Assembly: GCA_944391815.1 (NCBI GenBank)
Contig: CALXUV010000020.1
Location: forward strand, 7,081 to 71,080
Reading direction: 5' to 3'
DNA: 64,000 nucleotides
Source of the DNA: an uncultured Clostridia bacterium
GTDB lineage: Bacteria > Bacillota > Clostridia > Oscillospirales > CAG-272
Every line of letters begins with the position of its first letter. Positions within the stretch are counted from its first letter, which is position 1. Under the pieces are notes generated by a model. The model was not told the origin of the DNA. It made no database searches and saw only the letters and a list, made by a program, of their open reading frames with translations. The translations under genes were made by a program, and so were the position numbers. This document shows positions 1 to 9,313 of the stretch, piece by piece.

Positions 1-1318
1 AGTCCACCCATTTTTTCATAGTCGGAAACATCTCGGCAAGTATTTCTTTATTTCCGTATGCAAGGTAAATCTCGTACGGGCATACCGTAGCCGCATCACC
101 CCAGGCAGCCGAACCGAATTCGCCTCTTCCGTTTGTTCTGAAAACGTCCGGCACAACTCGGGGAATCATGCCGTCCTCTTTCTGTGCAAGCGATAGATCG
201 TGCAGCCATTTGACAAAAAACTTTTCGGTATCGTAGTTAAGGCAAGCTGTACGACAGAAAACTTCGGCGTCACCTGTCCAGCCGAGCCTTTCGTCACGCT
301 GCGGGCAGTCTGTCGGCACGTCAAGGAAGTTGCCTCTCTGCCCCCATATTACATTTTCGTAGAGCTTGTTCAGCTTTGCGTGTCCGCACTCAAACCAACC
401 CGCTCTTTTCATATCCGAGTGAACAACTATCGCCGTAAAGTTATCTGCGTTTATTTTCTCAGGCCAGCCGTTTAACCTGATATATCTGAATCCGTAGAAT
501 GTGTAACGGGGTTTGTACGTCTGCCGTCCGTCTTTGAGGGTGTATTCAGCCCTTGCCTCGGCACTGCGGTAATTTTCCGTATAAAAATTGCCGTACTTGT
601 CAAGCACCTCGGCATGTCCGATTGTTACTTTTGTTCCGGCGTTACCCGTAACCGTAAATTCAACGTATCCGGTCAAGTTCTGACCGAAATCAATAACTGT
701 TTCTCCCTTGGGAGTAATCAGTATTTCCTTAGGTGAAATCCGTTCGGTTTCTTTTATGTATTCACCTTCTGCCGGAACGAGTTTGTCTTTTCCGTATTCA
801 GTAACGATTATCTTTTCACCGTACTGCGGTACTATTCGGGCATCGGTTCTTTCTCCGTCGTAAATTCCGGAAAAGAGTACACCTGATTTTGCCGCCTCCC
901 AGTCAGTGCCGGTAACTATCAGCGTTTCTGTGCCGTCTGTATACCTTACGGATATTGCCGCCGCAAGAGACGGAAATTCTGCGTATGCACCCTTATAGAC
1001 GCCGACAATGCCCATTCTTGACGCATACCATCCGTCGCCAAGTCCTATTTCAATTACGTTCCCGGATGAAAGATACCCGCTTATATCGTATGTAAAGTAC
1101 TGAAGTCGTTTTTCATATTCAGTCCAGCCGGGAGTCAGGACTGCGTCACCGACACGTTTTCCGTTTATTTCGGCAACGTAAACGCCGAGTGCCGTAATCT
1201 GAAGACAAGCACTTTCAAACGGCTTACTGATGACAAATTTTTTTCTGAAAACCGGGCAATTTTTGCCCGCCTCTTCTCCGAGACTTATAAACTGCGCTCT
1301 TTTTATGTATTCTTCCAT
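1..1318 (-). CDS. Alpha-L-rhamnosidase (GH78), 3' part runs off window
   Basis: Own translation from ATG at 1318 (MEEYIKRAQFISLG...) gives ITALGVY, LTPGWTEY, DFGQNLTG, YTFYGFRY and PTDCPQRDERLGWTGD, typical GH78 motifs; AAAGGG RBS upstream; absent from ORF track because it is truncated by the window edge. Confidence 0.9.
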   Translation of the reverse strand, partial: MEEYIKRAQFISLGEEAGKNCPVFRKKFVISKPFESACLQITALGVYVAEINGKRVGDAVLTPGWTEYEKRLQYFTYDISGYLSSGNVIEIGLGDGWYASRMGIVGVYKGAYAEFPSLAAAISVRYTDGTETLIVTGTDWEAAKSGVLFSGIYDGERTDARIVPQYGEKIIVTEYGKDKLVPAEGEYIKETERISPKEILITPKGETVIDFGQNLTGYVEFTVTGNAGTKVTIGHAEVLDKYGNFYTENYRSAEARAEYTLKDGRQTYKPRYTFYGFRYIRLNGWPEKINADNFTAIVVHSDMKRAGWFECGHAKLNKLYENVIWGQRGNFLDVPTDCPQRDERLGWTGDAEVFCRTACLNYDTEKFFVKWLHDLSLAQKEDGMIPRVVPDVFRTNGRGEFGSAAWGDAATVCPYEIYLAYGNKEILAEMFPTMKKWVD

Positions 1319-1552
1319 AACATACCCTTTCTGGATGAACTGCATCCGTTTATGTAATTTTCGCCGGAAAAACAATCAGATAACCCATGTGCTGAAATAA
1401 GTATACGTTAAGGCTGAATTCCGTTACAAATGATAACAGAAAAAAGCAAACAGAATTTCAGTACGTTACACGGGCATTAACATTACATAGTCCGATAATG
1501 TATATTCTCGACACTGAACAAAATGATCAATGACGATACAGAGCAAAAGTGA

Positions 1553-2161
1553 TTACTGAGAGCTCGATTGCGACTGCTTTTCAAGGAAGAAAGTCGCCTC
1601 TGTATCTGCTATTGAAAGAGCAACGGCAAGCGGGAACATTCCGAACGCTTTCCCCACGTTTCTTTCGTCCTCGCTTCCCGAAAATCCCATGTGATATCTG
1701 ATTGCAAAAGCTTCTTCCCTTGTCAGCTTCATGTAACCCGAAATCATGTATACCGACTTTTCACCATGGCCGTAAGGAAGAGTATCTTCTATCTCGTACA
1801 TCGGGACCTTCTGCCATATTCCCTGTGCGTCTTTTACATTTCTGTAACCGGTTTTGTAGATATTCACCTTGCACAGGTCGTGAAGCAGAGAGGTTATCGC
1901 AATTGTCTCTTCGGAATAGGAAAGTCCGAACAAATCTTTTACCTGCTGTCTTTCGAGGTAATCTTTAAGACACCTGTAAACATTGAGGCTGTGAATCAGA
2001 AGTCCGCCTTCGGTAGAAAGGTGATATTTGGTACTGGCAGGTGCAGTGAAAAAATCGCTGTTTTCCGAACAAAGAAATTCAAGCAGCTGTTCGGATCCCT
2101 CACGCTTGATATTGCTCGTATAGATTCTTTTGAATTCTTCGGCGTATTCTTTAAGTTCCAT
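1553..2161 (-). CDS. HD-domain phosphohydrolase
   Basis: APASTKYH, GGLLIHSLNV, LLHDLCK, HGEKS, IRYHMG motifs. Confidence 0.85.
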   Translation of the reverse strand: MELKEYAEEFKRIYTSNIKREGSEQLLEFLCSENSDFFTAPASTKYHLSTEGGLLIHSLNVYRCLKDYLERQQVKDLFGLSYSEETIAITSLLHDLCKVNIYKTGYRNVKDAQGIWQKVPMYEIEDTLPYGHGEKSVYMISGYMKLTREEAFAIRYHMGFSGSEDERNVGKAFGMFPLAVALSIADTEATFFLEKQSQSSSQ

Positions 2162-2381
2162 ATGTAATCTCCAATAATTTTACTACTTTTATGGCTATTA
2201 TATCACCTGCGGATTATTTTGACAATACTTTTTTTACAATAAGTACACTTTTGTTTGTTGAAAACACCCGAAACGTGTGATAAAATTGCCTTTGTGGATA
2301 TGCTTCAGCTTTCCGTATTTACTTAAGGAAAACGCTGATGCAAAATGACCTGCTAATTCCCGAAAGGACATAAAGAAGGAT

Positions 2382-2897
2382 ATGAACAACATAGTTTTGA
2401 TAGGAATGCCGGGTGTCGGCAAAAGCACAATAGGCGTTATACTTGCGAAAATTCTCGGATATTCCTTCGTTGACACGGATCTTGTCATACAGCAAAAAAG
2501 CGGTATGCTGCTGAAAGACATTATCGAAAATTACGGTACAGAAGGTTTTATCCGTACCGAAAATTCGGTTTGTTCCGGCATTGAAGCAAATAACAGCATT
2601 ATTGCAACCGGAGGTAGTGTGGTATACGGCAGTGAGGCAATGAAACATCTGAAAAGCATCGCAACCGTTGTTTACCTTGAACAGGATTTTGCCGTCATTG
2701 AAAAAAGATTAAAGGATATAAAAAACCGCGGCGTCGTTCTGAAAGACGGTCAGACCCTGCACGATCTGTACGAGGAGCGTGCGCCTCTGTATAACAGATA
2801 TGCCGACATAGTATGCAGTCTCAGTGATACGGGAATAGAAAAAAACGCTGAATCCGTAATTAAGGCGCTTGAAGATAAAGGAGTTATTTCCGGCTGA
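2382..2897 (+). CDS. aroK: Shikimate kinase
   Basis: GMPGVGKST P-loop, DTD, ATGGS, ERAPLY; AAGGA RBS. Confidence 0.93.
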   Translation: MNNIVLIGMPGVGKSTIGVILAKILGYSFVDTDLVIQQKSGMLLKDIIENYGTEGFIRTENSVCSGIEANNSIIATGGSVVYGSEAMKHLKSIATVVYLEQDFAVIEKRLKDIKNRGVVLKDGQTLHDLYEERAPLYNRYADIVCSLSDTGIEKNAESVIKALEDKGVISG

Positions 2898-2995
2898 CCG
2901 AAGCTTTTCGTAATTTGCGGGTTACGTCAATACCCCGGTTAAACAATCATAATGCACAGGAAAAACAATAACCTCTTGAAATTATTTTAAACCGC

Positions 2996-3029
2996 AAAAA
3001 CAGGCTGTTGCCCCGCAACAGCCGTTTTT
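2996..3029. terminator. Bidirectional intrinsic terminator
   Basis: AAAAACAGGCTGTTGC-CCC-GCAACAGCCGTTTTT between convergent genes. Confidence 0.75.
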
Positions 3030-3298
3030 TAATATAGTTTGGTATGTTCTTCGTCGGAGCCGTCTATTTCCTCGTTTCTGACCGGCGGGAGTATTTCTTC
3101 ATCTCCCGACTTACCGCCGAAAACCAAAACAAGCGTAATGACAACGCCGGCTATAACCAAAGCCGCCGCAACAATTGCACAGATTATAATTACTCTGCGT
3201 GAAAAATCCGGATCTTTCTTTTTCGGATTTTTCTTTTTTTCCGGCTTTTCAGCCTCTTCGGTTTCTGCCTCAGTTTTTACGATATTGTTTTCTTCCAT
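3029..3298 (-). CDS. Small single-pass membrane protein, unknown function
   Basis: Start re-assigned to MEENNIVK (GGGGT RBS); charged N-terminus, one long hydrophobic helix, acidic tail. Confidence 0.6.
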   Translation of the reverse strand: MEENNIVKTEAETEEAEKPEKKKNPKKKDPDFSRRVIIICAIVAAALVIAGVVITLVLVFGGKSGDEEILPPVRNEEIDGSDEEHTKLY

Positions 3299-3396
3299 CT
3301 TTACCCCTGATTTTTTGCACACTGTATTATTTTTAGTTATAATAACATATTTCAAGGGTTTTGTCCATTGTTTTTGGGATGCTTTTTACATTTAAT

Positions 3397-3690
3397 TTAC
3401 AAGTTCGTCGGCTTGACTGATTTTTCTTTTTCTTTTTGTGCAAAATCATTATCGGATTTTCCGTATTTGAGTTTGGAGTACATACCGGCAAGCAATATTG
3501 CAGAGACCAGCACCCCGAATGAAGCAAGGAATATTCCGCAGGAAACAACAAATCCGAGTCCGAAAAACAAAGAAATAAATGCGTTCACCGAAGAAAAAAG
3601 CAGAGACAGGGAAACCGGTTCCTTGAGGAAAGCAAACAGCAGTATCCCCAAAAGAATAATTGCTCCCCAAATTATAAATCCTTCTGCCAT
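3397..3690 (-). CDS. Small multi-pass membrane protein, unknown function
   Basis: 97 aa, about 3 hydrophobic segments, GGGAGG RBS. Confidence 0.6.
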   Translation of the reverse strand: MAEGFIIWGAIILLGILLFAFLKEPVSLSLLFSSVNAFISLFFGLGFVVSCGIFLASFGVLVSAILLAGMYSKLKYGKSDNDFAQKEKEKSVKPTNL

Positions 3691-3792
3691 GAAAAAACCT
3701 CCCTACCGCAAAATAATAACGTGAGCGTAAAAAACCGTTAACATCGCCCTCTGTTATTATTAACGTTTTAAGGGAGGTTTTATTCAATTTTT

Positions 3793-4758
3793 TCAGACAA
3801 TTCCGGTAAAACCGGGCAGATCGAAAATGTTGTTTATCCTGACATCGCCGTTGTCATAAACAAACACCTCGACCATCTGCGGCAGACTGCTTTCACCGTC
3901 AATATCGTCTCTGAAAAGCCCGTCGTTGCGGTAGATTTTATAAGAAACGATGAAATAGTAATCGTCATAATCCGCCGCGTCATGTTCTGGGTTGCTGTAC
4001 CGGTATCTTATTATCTCTATGTCAAAAATTTTCTGCTTGGGAAACTTTTCGCTGTACCCTTCCGACTTTTCAAGATATTTTTCGGTAAACATGGCGTTGA
4101 TCTTATCGATTTCCGCATTTCTAATAGCGTCCAGGTAATCGCATACCAATTTCAGTCCGTTGCCGCCGGACCCGAAAGCTTCTTCTGCCGAAATTTTCTG
4201 GAACGACGTTCCTCCGTCATCACTGTAATTGATTGAGAACGGAGAAAGCTCAAGATAATCTTCAAGTGTGAAAATATCGGTATCCCAGTCCGCAGGATAA
4301 AATTCAAGTTTGGTGTTCAGCCCGCTGTTTTCGCTTTCCAGCCAGTCGGAAGGTATATAACCTCCGGTACTTAGAAATTCACCGCCGGAAATAAATTTTA
4401 TCGCCGCAAGTAACAGCAAAAGTCCGAGCAGTACCGCTGATCCGATTAGCGCTTTTTTCAGACGCCCCCTGCTTTCTGTATCTGCGGCAATTTCTCCGTT
4501 TTGCAGTACGGCTGCATCACCCACCAAAGCAATTTCGGACTGACAGGCAGTAGCGTCAGAATTCGATTCGGCGTCAGAATTTCCGATATTCCGGCAACAC
4601 AAATTTACGTCAGACTTTCCATTTATGCCGGTCTTTGAAATTCCGGCAGCCGTATTATTATCACTTTCGGAATCTGCCGTAGGCATATCCTGCCCGACGG
4701 CACCATAAACTCCGGCATCGTCAAAAAAACCGGTTCTCTTTTTCTTTTCTTTCTTCAT
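3793..4758 (-). CDS. Single-pass membrane protein with extracytoplasmic domain, unknown function
   Basis: 321 aa; low-complexity N-terminus, TM helix near residues 103-122, acidic/aromatic C-domain; AAAGGA RBS. Confidence 0.7.
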   Translation of the reverse strand: MKKEKKKRTGFFDDAGVYGAVGQDMPTADSESDNNTAAGISKTGINGKSDVNLCCRNIGNSDAESNSDATACQSEIALVGDAAVLQNGEIAADTESRGRLKKALIGSAVLLGLLLLLAAIKFISGGEFLSTGGYIPSDWLESENSGLNTKLEFYPADWDTDIFTLEDYLELSPFSINYSDDGGTSFQKISAEEAFGSGGNGLKLVCDYLDAIRNAEIDKINAMFTEKYLEKSEGYSEKFPKQKIFDIEIIRYRYSNPEHDAADYDDYYFIVSYKIYRNDGLFRDDIDGESSLPQMVEVFVYDNGDVRINNIFDLPGFTGIV

Positions 4759-4944
4759 CTGTTTTCCTTTCCGGATGTTTATCGGACTTCTTACATTATT
4801 TTCGCAGAAGACATAATGTAAATTTTTCGTTTATTTTAAATCATTAAATGCGTAAAACAGCGATTTTTTATCGTATAGTGGCATTTACAAGCGGATTATA
4901 GCACATGCTGTCACCTCATTCAAGTACTATTTTTTTAAAATTGC

Positions 4945-4973
4945 TTGACAAACCGATTAAAAAATACTATAAT
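4945..4973 (+). promoter_or_regulatory. Consensus sigma-A promoter of the acyl-ligase/ACP locus
   Basis: TTGACA-N17-TATAAT, perfect consensus. Confidence 0.8.
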
Positions 4974-5107
4974 AATTTAGGTTTTTTTGGAATTTGGTGA
5001 GATTTTCCTGATTCAACACAAATTCTGTCACCAAACTGTCCGCAAAACTATATTAAGAATGTTCCGGATTTACTTTCCGTAACACATGATATAATTTCAA
5101 CGGAGAT

Positions 5108-6811
5108 ATGCTGATGAAAAAACTTATAAATAACAACAAACCTGCAAAAATAAATAATCTAAAAGAACTCATCGACTTCAATGCAGCCGACTACGGAGAC
5201 AGACCTCTGTATTTTTACAAAAGAGGTAAGGATGTTCTTGAGTTTACATACAAGATGATGAAAGAAGCGGTGGAAAGCCTCGGCACTGCGTTTTACGAGC
5301 TGGGACTTAAGGGAAAAAACATCGCTGTAGTCGGAGACGCAGATCCGTATTACATGGTTACCTACTATGCTGCGGCAAACGGCGGAGGTGCAATTGTTCC
5401 GCTTGACAAAGAGCTTGACAATGACACCATAGCATCGTTTATGGATATTGCCGAAGTAAGCCTTATCGTATATACACCCTCATTCAACGAAAGAATGCCG
5501 GAAATAGCATCGAAAACAAAAGCTTCTTTCTTTGTTCCGATAGTTCCGGATACCGGTTTTATGCCTGATGACTCTTTCATCCCTCTCGATACCCTGCTTG
5601 AAAAAGGAAAAACCGCAATCGGAAACGGCAACAAGGACTTTATTTCTTTTGTGCCTGAGCGTGACTCGGTTGCTTCTATGATTTTTACGTCAGGTACAAC
5701 AGGTACAAGCAAATGCGTTATGCTGTCACAGCACAATCTTGCTTCCTGCTGCAACGCCTGCGTTGACGCCACAAACTTTTTCCCGTACAACACTTTTGTG
5801 TCCGTACTTCCGATGAATCATTCTTATGAAGTATCGACCGGTCATCTTGCCCTTTCAAGGTACGGGGCCTGCACTTTCCTCAATGACAGTATCAAAAACG
5901 CACTTAAGAATTTCGCTTATTTCAAACCCACAAGCCTTTTGCTGGTGCCGCTGTTTGTCGAGACGATCCACAAGCGCATCTGGAAAGAAATTGACCGCAA
6001 AGGTATGAGGAAGAAAGTTAATTTTGCGATCAAGCTCAGTAACATGCTGAGAAAAATCGGTATAGACAAAAGACGTGTGTTTTTCAAAGACATACTTGCG
6101 GCGTTCGGCGGAAACCTCGAAACTATCATCTGCGGCGGTGCTCCTCTTTCAAAACAGCTGATAATCGATTTTGAAGCGTTCGGAATAGACATTTACGAAG
6201 GTTACGGAATTACCGAATGTTCTCCGCTTGTTTCTGTCAACCGTTTCGGAAAGAAAAAATACGGTTCGGTAGGAACAAAAGTCCTTGACTGCGATGTGAA
6301 AATAGACAAGTCCCCCGAAGAGGAGACAGGCGAAATAATCGTAAAGGGCGATAACGTCATGCTCGGATATTACAAAAACCCCGAAGCAAACAAGGAGGCG
6401 TTTACCGAAGACGGATGGTTCAGAACCGGCGACATTGGTTACATGGACAGCGACGGCTACATTTTCATCACCGGAAGAAAAAAGAACGTTATTATCCTTT
6501 CAAACGGCAAAAACGTTTTCCCGGAAGAACTTGAGGAACACCTTTCCCACAAACCCGTAATCGGTGAAAGCGTTGTTATCGGACGCAAGGACGAAAAATC
6601 CGGCGAGACTGTAATTACTGCGGTGATATATCCTAACCCCGAAGAAACTGAAGGTAAATCAGACGCCGAAATATATGATCTTGTAAAACAGGCAGTTGAT
6701 GAAACAAACAAGTCTCTGCCGACATTCAAGCATATTCTCGGCTTCGAAATACGCAAAACCGAATTTGAAAAAACCACTACTAAAAAAATCAAGCGGTTCC
6801 TGATCAAGTAA
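5108..6811 (+). CDS. Long-chain fatty-acid adenylating enzyme (acyl-CoA/acyl-ACP synthetase, ANL superfamily)
   Basis: FTSGTTGTSK, EGYGITE, GWFRTGD, ITGRKKN, SNGKNVFPEELE, KTTTKKIKR. Confidence 0.9.
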   Translation: MLMKKLINNNKPAKINNLKELIDFNAADYGDRPLYFYKRGKDVLEFTYKMMKEAVESLGTAFYELGLKGKNIAVVGDADPYYMVTYYAAANGGGAIVPLDKELDNDTIASFMDIAEVSLIVYTPSFNERMPEIASKTKASFFVPIVPDTGFMPDDSFIPLDTLLEKGKTAIGNGNKDFISFVPERDSVASMIFTSGTTGTSKCVMLSQHNLASCCNACVDATNFFPYNTFVSVLPMNHSYEVSTGHLALSRYGACTFLNDSIKNALKNFAYFKPTSLLLVPLFVETIHKRIWKEIDRKGMRKKVNFAIKLSNMLRKIGIDKRRVFFKDILAAFGGNLETIICGGAPLSKQLIIDFEAFGIDIYEGYGITECSPLVSVNRFGKKKYGSVGTKVLDCDVKIDKSPEEETGEIIVKGDNVMLGYYKNPEANKEAFTEDGWFRTGDIGYMDSDGYIFITGRKKNVIILSNGKNVFPEELEEHLSHKPVIGESVVIGRKDEKSGETVITAVIYPNPEETEGKSDAEIYDLVKQAVDETNKSLPTFKHILGFEIRKTEFEKTTTKKIKRFLIK

Positions 6812-6925
6812 TAAATGCTTATACTGCGCCAACTGCCCAAAGTTTTTAACTTTTCAGCCCGGCTGATTGCGGTAATTTCGGTTGGCGGACATGGGCTTAA
6901 AATATAACAACTACCGGAGGAATTT

Positions 6926-7159
6926 ATGTTCGAAAAATTGAAAGAAATAATGGTGAGCGAGCTGCAGCTTAAAGACAGCGACATAAAACTCGATTCAAGG
7001 CTGACTAAAGATCTCGGTATAAACTCTCTTGAACTTGCAGATCTTGCGATGGTTCTGGAAGAAAAATTCGATTTAGAGATAGCCGACAACGATATAAGAA
7101 AATTCTTAACCGTCGGAGACGTGGTAAACTATCTGGAAAAAAACGGCTCAAAAGACTGA
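6926..7159 (+). CDS. Acyl carrier protein
   Basis: 77 aa acidic protein; DLGINSLELADL phosphopantetheine-site variant; TVGDVVNY; GGAGG RBS. Confidence 0.88.
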   Translation: MFEKLKEIMVSELQLKDSDIKLDSRLTKDLGINSLELADLAMVLEEKFDLEIADNDIRKFLTVGDVVNYLEKNGSKD

Positions 7160-7300
7160 CTTTCGCTTCTCGATTACGTGCCTGCCTTAATCGGCAGGCA
7201 TAACTAATATTATGACTTTACGACAATGTTCAACATTTTGTTTGGCGATAACTTCATTTTGCGTAACAGGTTTTAAATTGCTGAAAGGAAACTATTCCGT

Positions 7301-7912
7301 ATGGTCTATTTTTACGCAGCAGTAATTTTTATCGCAGTTTTCATTCTACTTACGAAGTTACTTGACCGGATATTACAAAAAGGATATTGCGAAAACATTC
7401 TGTCAGATACATCAAATTACAACTCCGCACTTCCGGGAAGACTGGCGGGCGCGGTTCTCGGCAAGAAAAGCGTTTTCCGACTTCTCTCACTGCCTATCCC
7501 GGGACGTGACGGCGAGGAAATTCAGCTCGGTACCGTCATAGTCACGGGCAGCGGTATTTTTATTGTTTGCCTGCTGAACGGTAACGGGATTGTTGAAAAT
7601 CCTGCTGACGGCAACTGGAAACACATTTCCGCCGGAAAAATCACGGAATTTGATAACCCGTTTTCAATGCAGCGTGACGCCAGGGCTTTGCTTGAATATT
7701 ATATGGGAATTTCGGGTTACCAGAACGTCAAGGCTTATACGCTTGTTGTCTATACCGGAAACGGTCTCAGATTTTCCTATCAGAAACCGAGAGGTGTTAT
7801 TGCTGCAAGTGAATTCCCCGAGAAGCTGAGGCAAATGAATAAGAAAGCCAGACTTTCACGAACAGAAATAAAAGGCGTTTGCAGAGTTTTATCTGAAATT
7901 TCAGCTTACTGA
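7301..7912 (+). CDS. Membrane-anchored NERD-like domain protein
   Basis: N-terminal TM helix; EIQLGTVIVTGSGIFIV..NGNG..W...FDNPFSMQ pattern parallels NERD. Confidence 0.65.
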   Translation: MVYFYAAVIFIAVFILLTKLLDRILQKGYCENILSDTSNYNSALPGRLAGAVLGKKSVFRLLSLPIPGRDGEEIQLGTVIVTGSGIFIVCLLNGNGIVENPADGNWKHISAGKITEFDNPFSMQRDARALLEYYMGISGYQNVKAYTLVVYTGNGLRFSYQKPRGVIAASEFPEKLRQMNKKARLSRTEIKGVCRVLSEISAY

Positions 7913-8115
7913 TTCGCTTGTAATCTGAATTTCCACAATACCGGCCATTTTTTCATCAGGTATAATTTAATACTGACCAAGTTAGTTTTTACTGAAAACA
8001 AATTCGGAAATCTTGTGTTTTGTTTTATTTGATATGGCTTATTCAGAATACTGAAATATACGCATCCGACATTCTCCGATGCTTTACGGCTGTGCTGAAT
8101 ATTTCCGGCAATAAG

Positions 8116-8152
8116 AAAAAAAGGCTCTGTTATGCTATACAGACAGAGCCTT
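8116..8152 (-). terminator. Intrinsic terminator
   Basis: AAGGCTCTGT...ACAGAGCCTT stem preceded by an A-run (U-tract on the minus strand). Confidence 0.6.
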
Positions 8153-8541
8153 AAAAAAAGTTTTAATTAAAATTACTCGTTATGCTCGGAATCTTTTTTG
8201 ATTATCCTCAAAATCTCCTTTGATAAACCGACCACTCACAAACTGTATTAATATTCGAGTTGCAGAAACAGAGCAAAACACAAACTTCGGTTATCTGTCC
8301 GGTCAAATCAAGTATTTAATTCTGTATAAAAAATATGGAATAGCCGGATATTTTGCAATAACCGATTACCTATTCTTTGCCGCTTATTCAATTGTATTCA
8401 GATTATGCAAAACTCCTTTTAATTCTGAAATATCTTTTGTTTTAAGTAATGACTGGTTCGCCCGATCCTTTTTGGTTATGTAAATTCCATTACTGATTTA
8501 ACCCGCGCACATATCGAACACTCTTTGTTTCTTGCCGAGGC

Positions 8542-8649
8542 TTATGACAAATACGGATTGAAAAAACTTTCTTTCAGGAATATCCGATTTGAATATTTAA
8601 TTCTGCTCTCTATGCGCTTCTTTAACAAACCGACATCGAGTTTTCTCAT
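8542..8649 (-). other. 35-aa small ORF or 5' gene remnant (MRKLDVGLLKKRIESRIKYSNRIFLKESFFNPYLS)
   Basis: AGAGGG RBS; TTGACT-N16-TATAAT promoter at 8729-8702. Confidence 0.4.
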
Positions 8650-8797
8650 ACAAAAGCCCTCTTAAGTTTTTAACCCTTATACAGTCATTTTCAGCAAACT
8701 CATTATAGCAAAAATGCTGTAAAAGTCAAGTAACGCCAAAACTCTTATACCCGTATAAGTTCACCATATAGTATATTTGCGAATTCAGTCATAATGC

Positions 8798-8826
8798 TTG
8801 CATTTTGCAGTAAAACTATGTATAAT
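8798..8826 (+). promoter_or_regulatory. Sigma-A-like promoter not followed by a long ORF
   Basis: TTGCAT-N17-TATAAT. Confidence 0.6.
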
Positions 8827-8832
8827 AAAGCA

Positions 8833-9047
8833 TAGCGCAAAATAATCTTAATGCACAAAAATCCATGCACCGGATATCTCACATTGTTTGAGTCGGGAAT
8901 CTCATTTTTCAAAACACAGTGCAATCGCCTGCCAAATCAATGGATGTGCAACTGATGACAGCGCTTTCATTCCTCCGGAAAACAGAAACTCCTGTTTACG
9001 GGGCGAGAGCAATAATCAAAGACTTTCACAGAGTCTTTTGATTTTTT
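8833..9047 (+). ncRNA. Candidate structured small RNA or leader RNA, family not identified
   Basis: Lies between promoter 8798-8826 and terminator 9014-9047; nested pairings AGCGC/GCGCT, TGCAC..ATCCAT/ATGGATGTGCA, TGTTTGA/TCAAAACA. Confidence 0.4.
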
Positions 9048-9313
9048 CGCAAGCACCTGCAAATAATAACAATTTTCAGTTCCGTATTAAAAGATATTTT
9101 GCACCAGGCTATCCGGATATTAATTACCGCATTAATCTTTAAAGCGGTAAATTTCCGGTTTCTGAGAATAAAACAGGACTTGAATTTTCCACCGGAGAAC
9201 TTAATCAACCGGTTTAATATAATCAAAAACACATATAAATTATTATAAAAAGCACAATTTTTATCATAACATTGATAATTTAAGACAAGAATCAACAAAA
9301 ACGGAGATTAGAA

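Noticed and set aside
200-475. 91-aa plus-strand ORF
   Set aside because: Antisense to the GH78 gene, which carries the real motifs
1553-2161. HD protein as a defence or phage gene
   Set aside because: Stands alone among housekeeping genes; no defence or phage neighbours
8952-8990. Hammerhead-like CTGATGA...GAAA
   Set aside because: No stem II can form between the core motifs, and stem III does not fit
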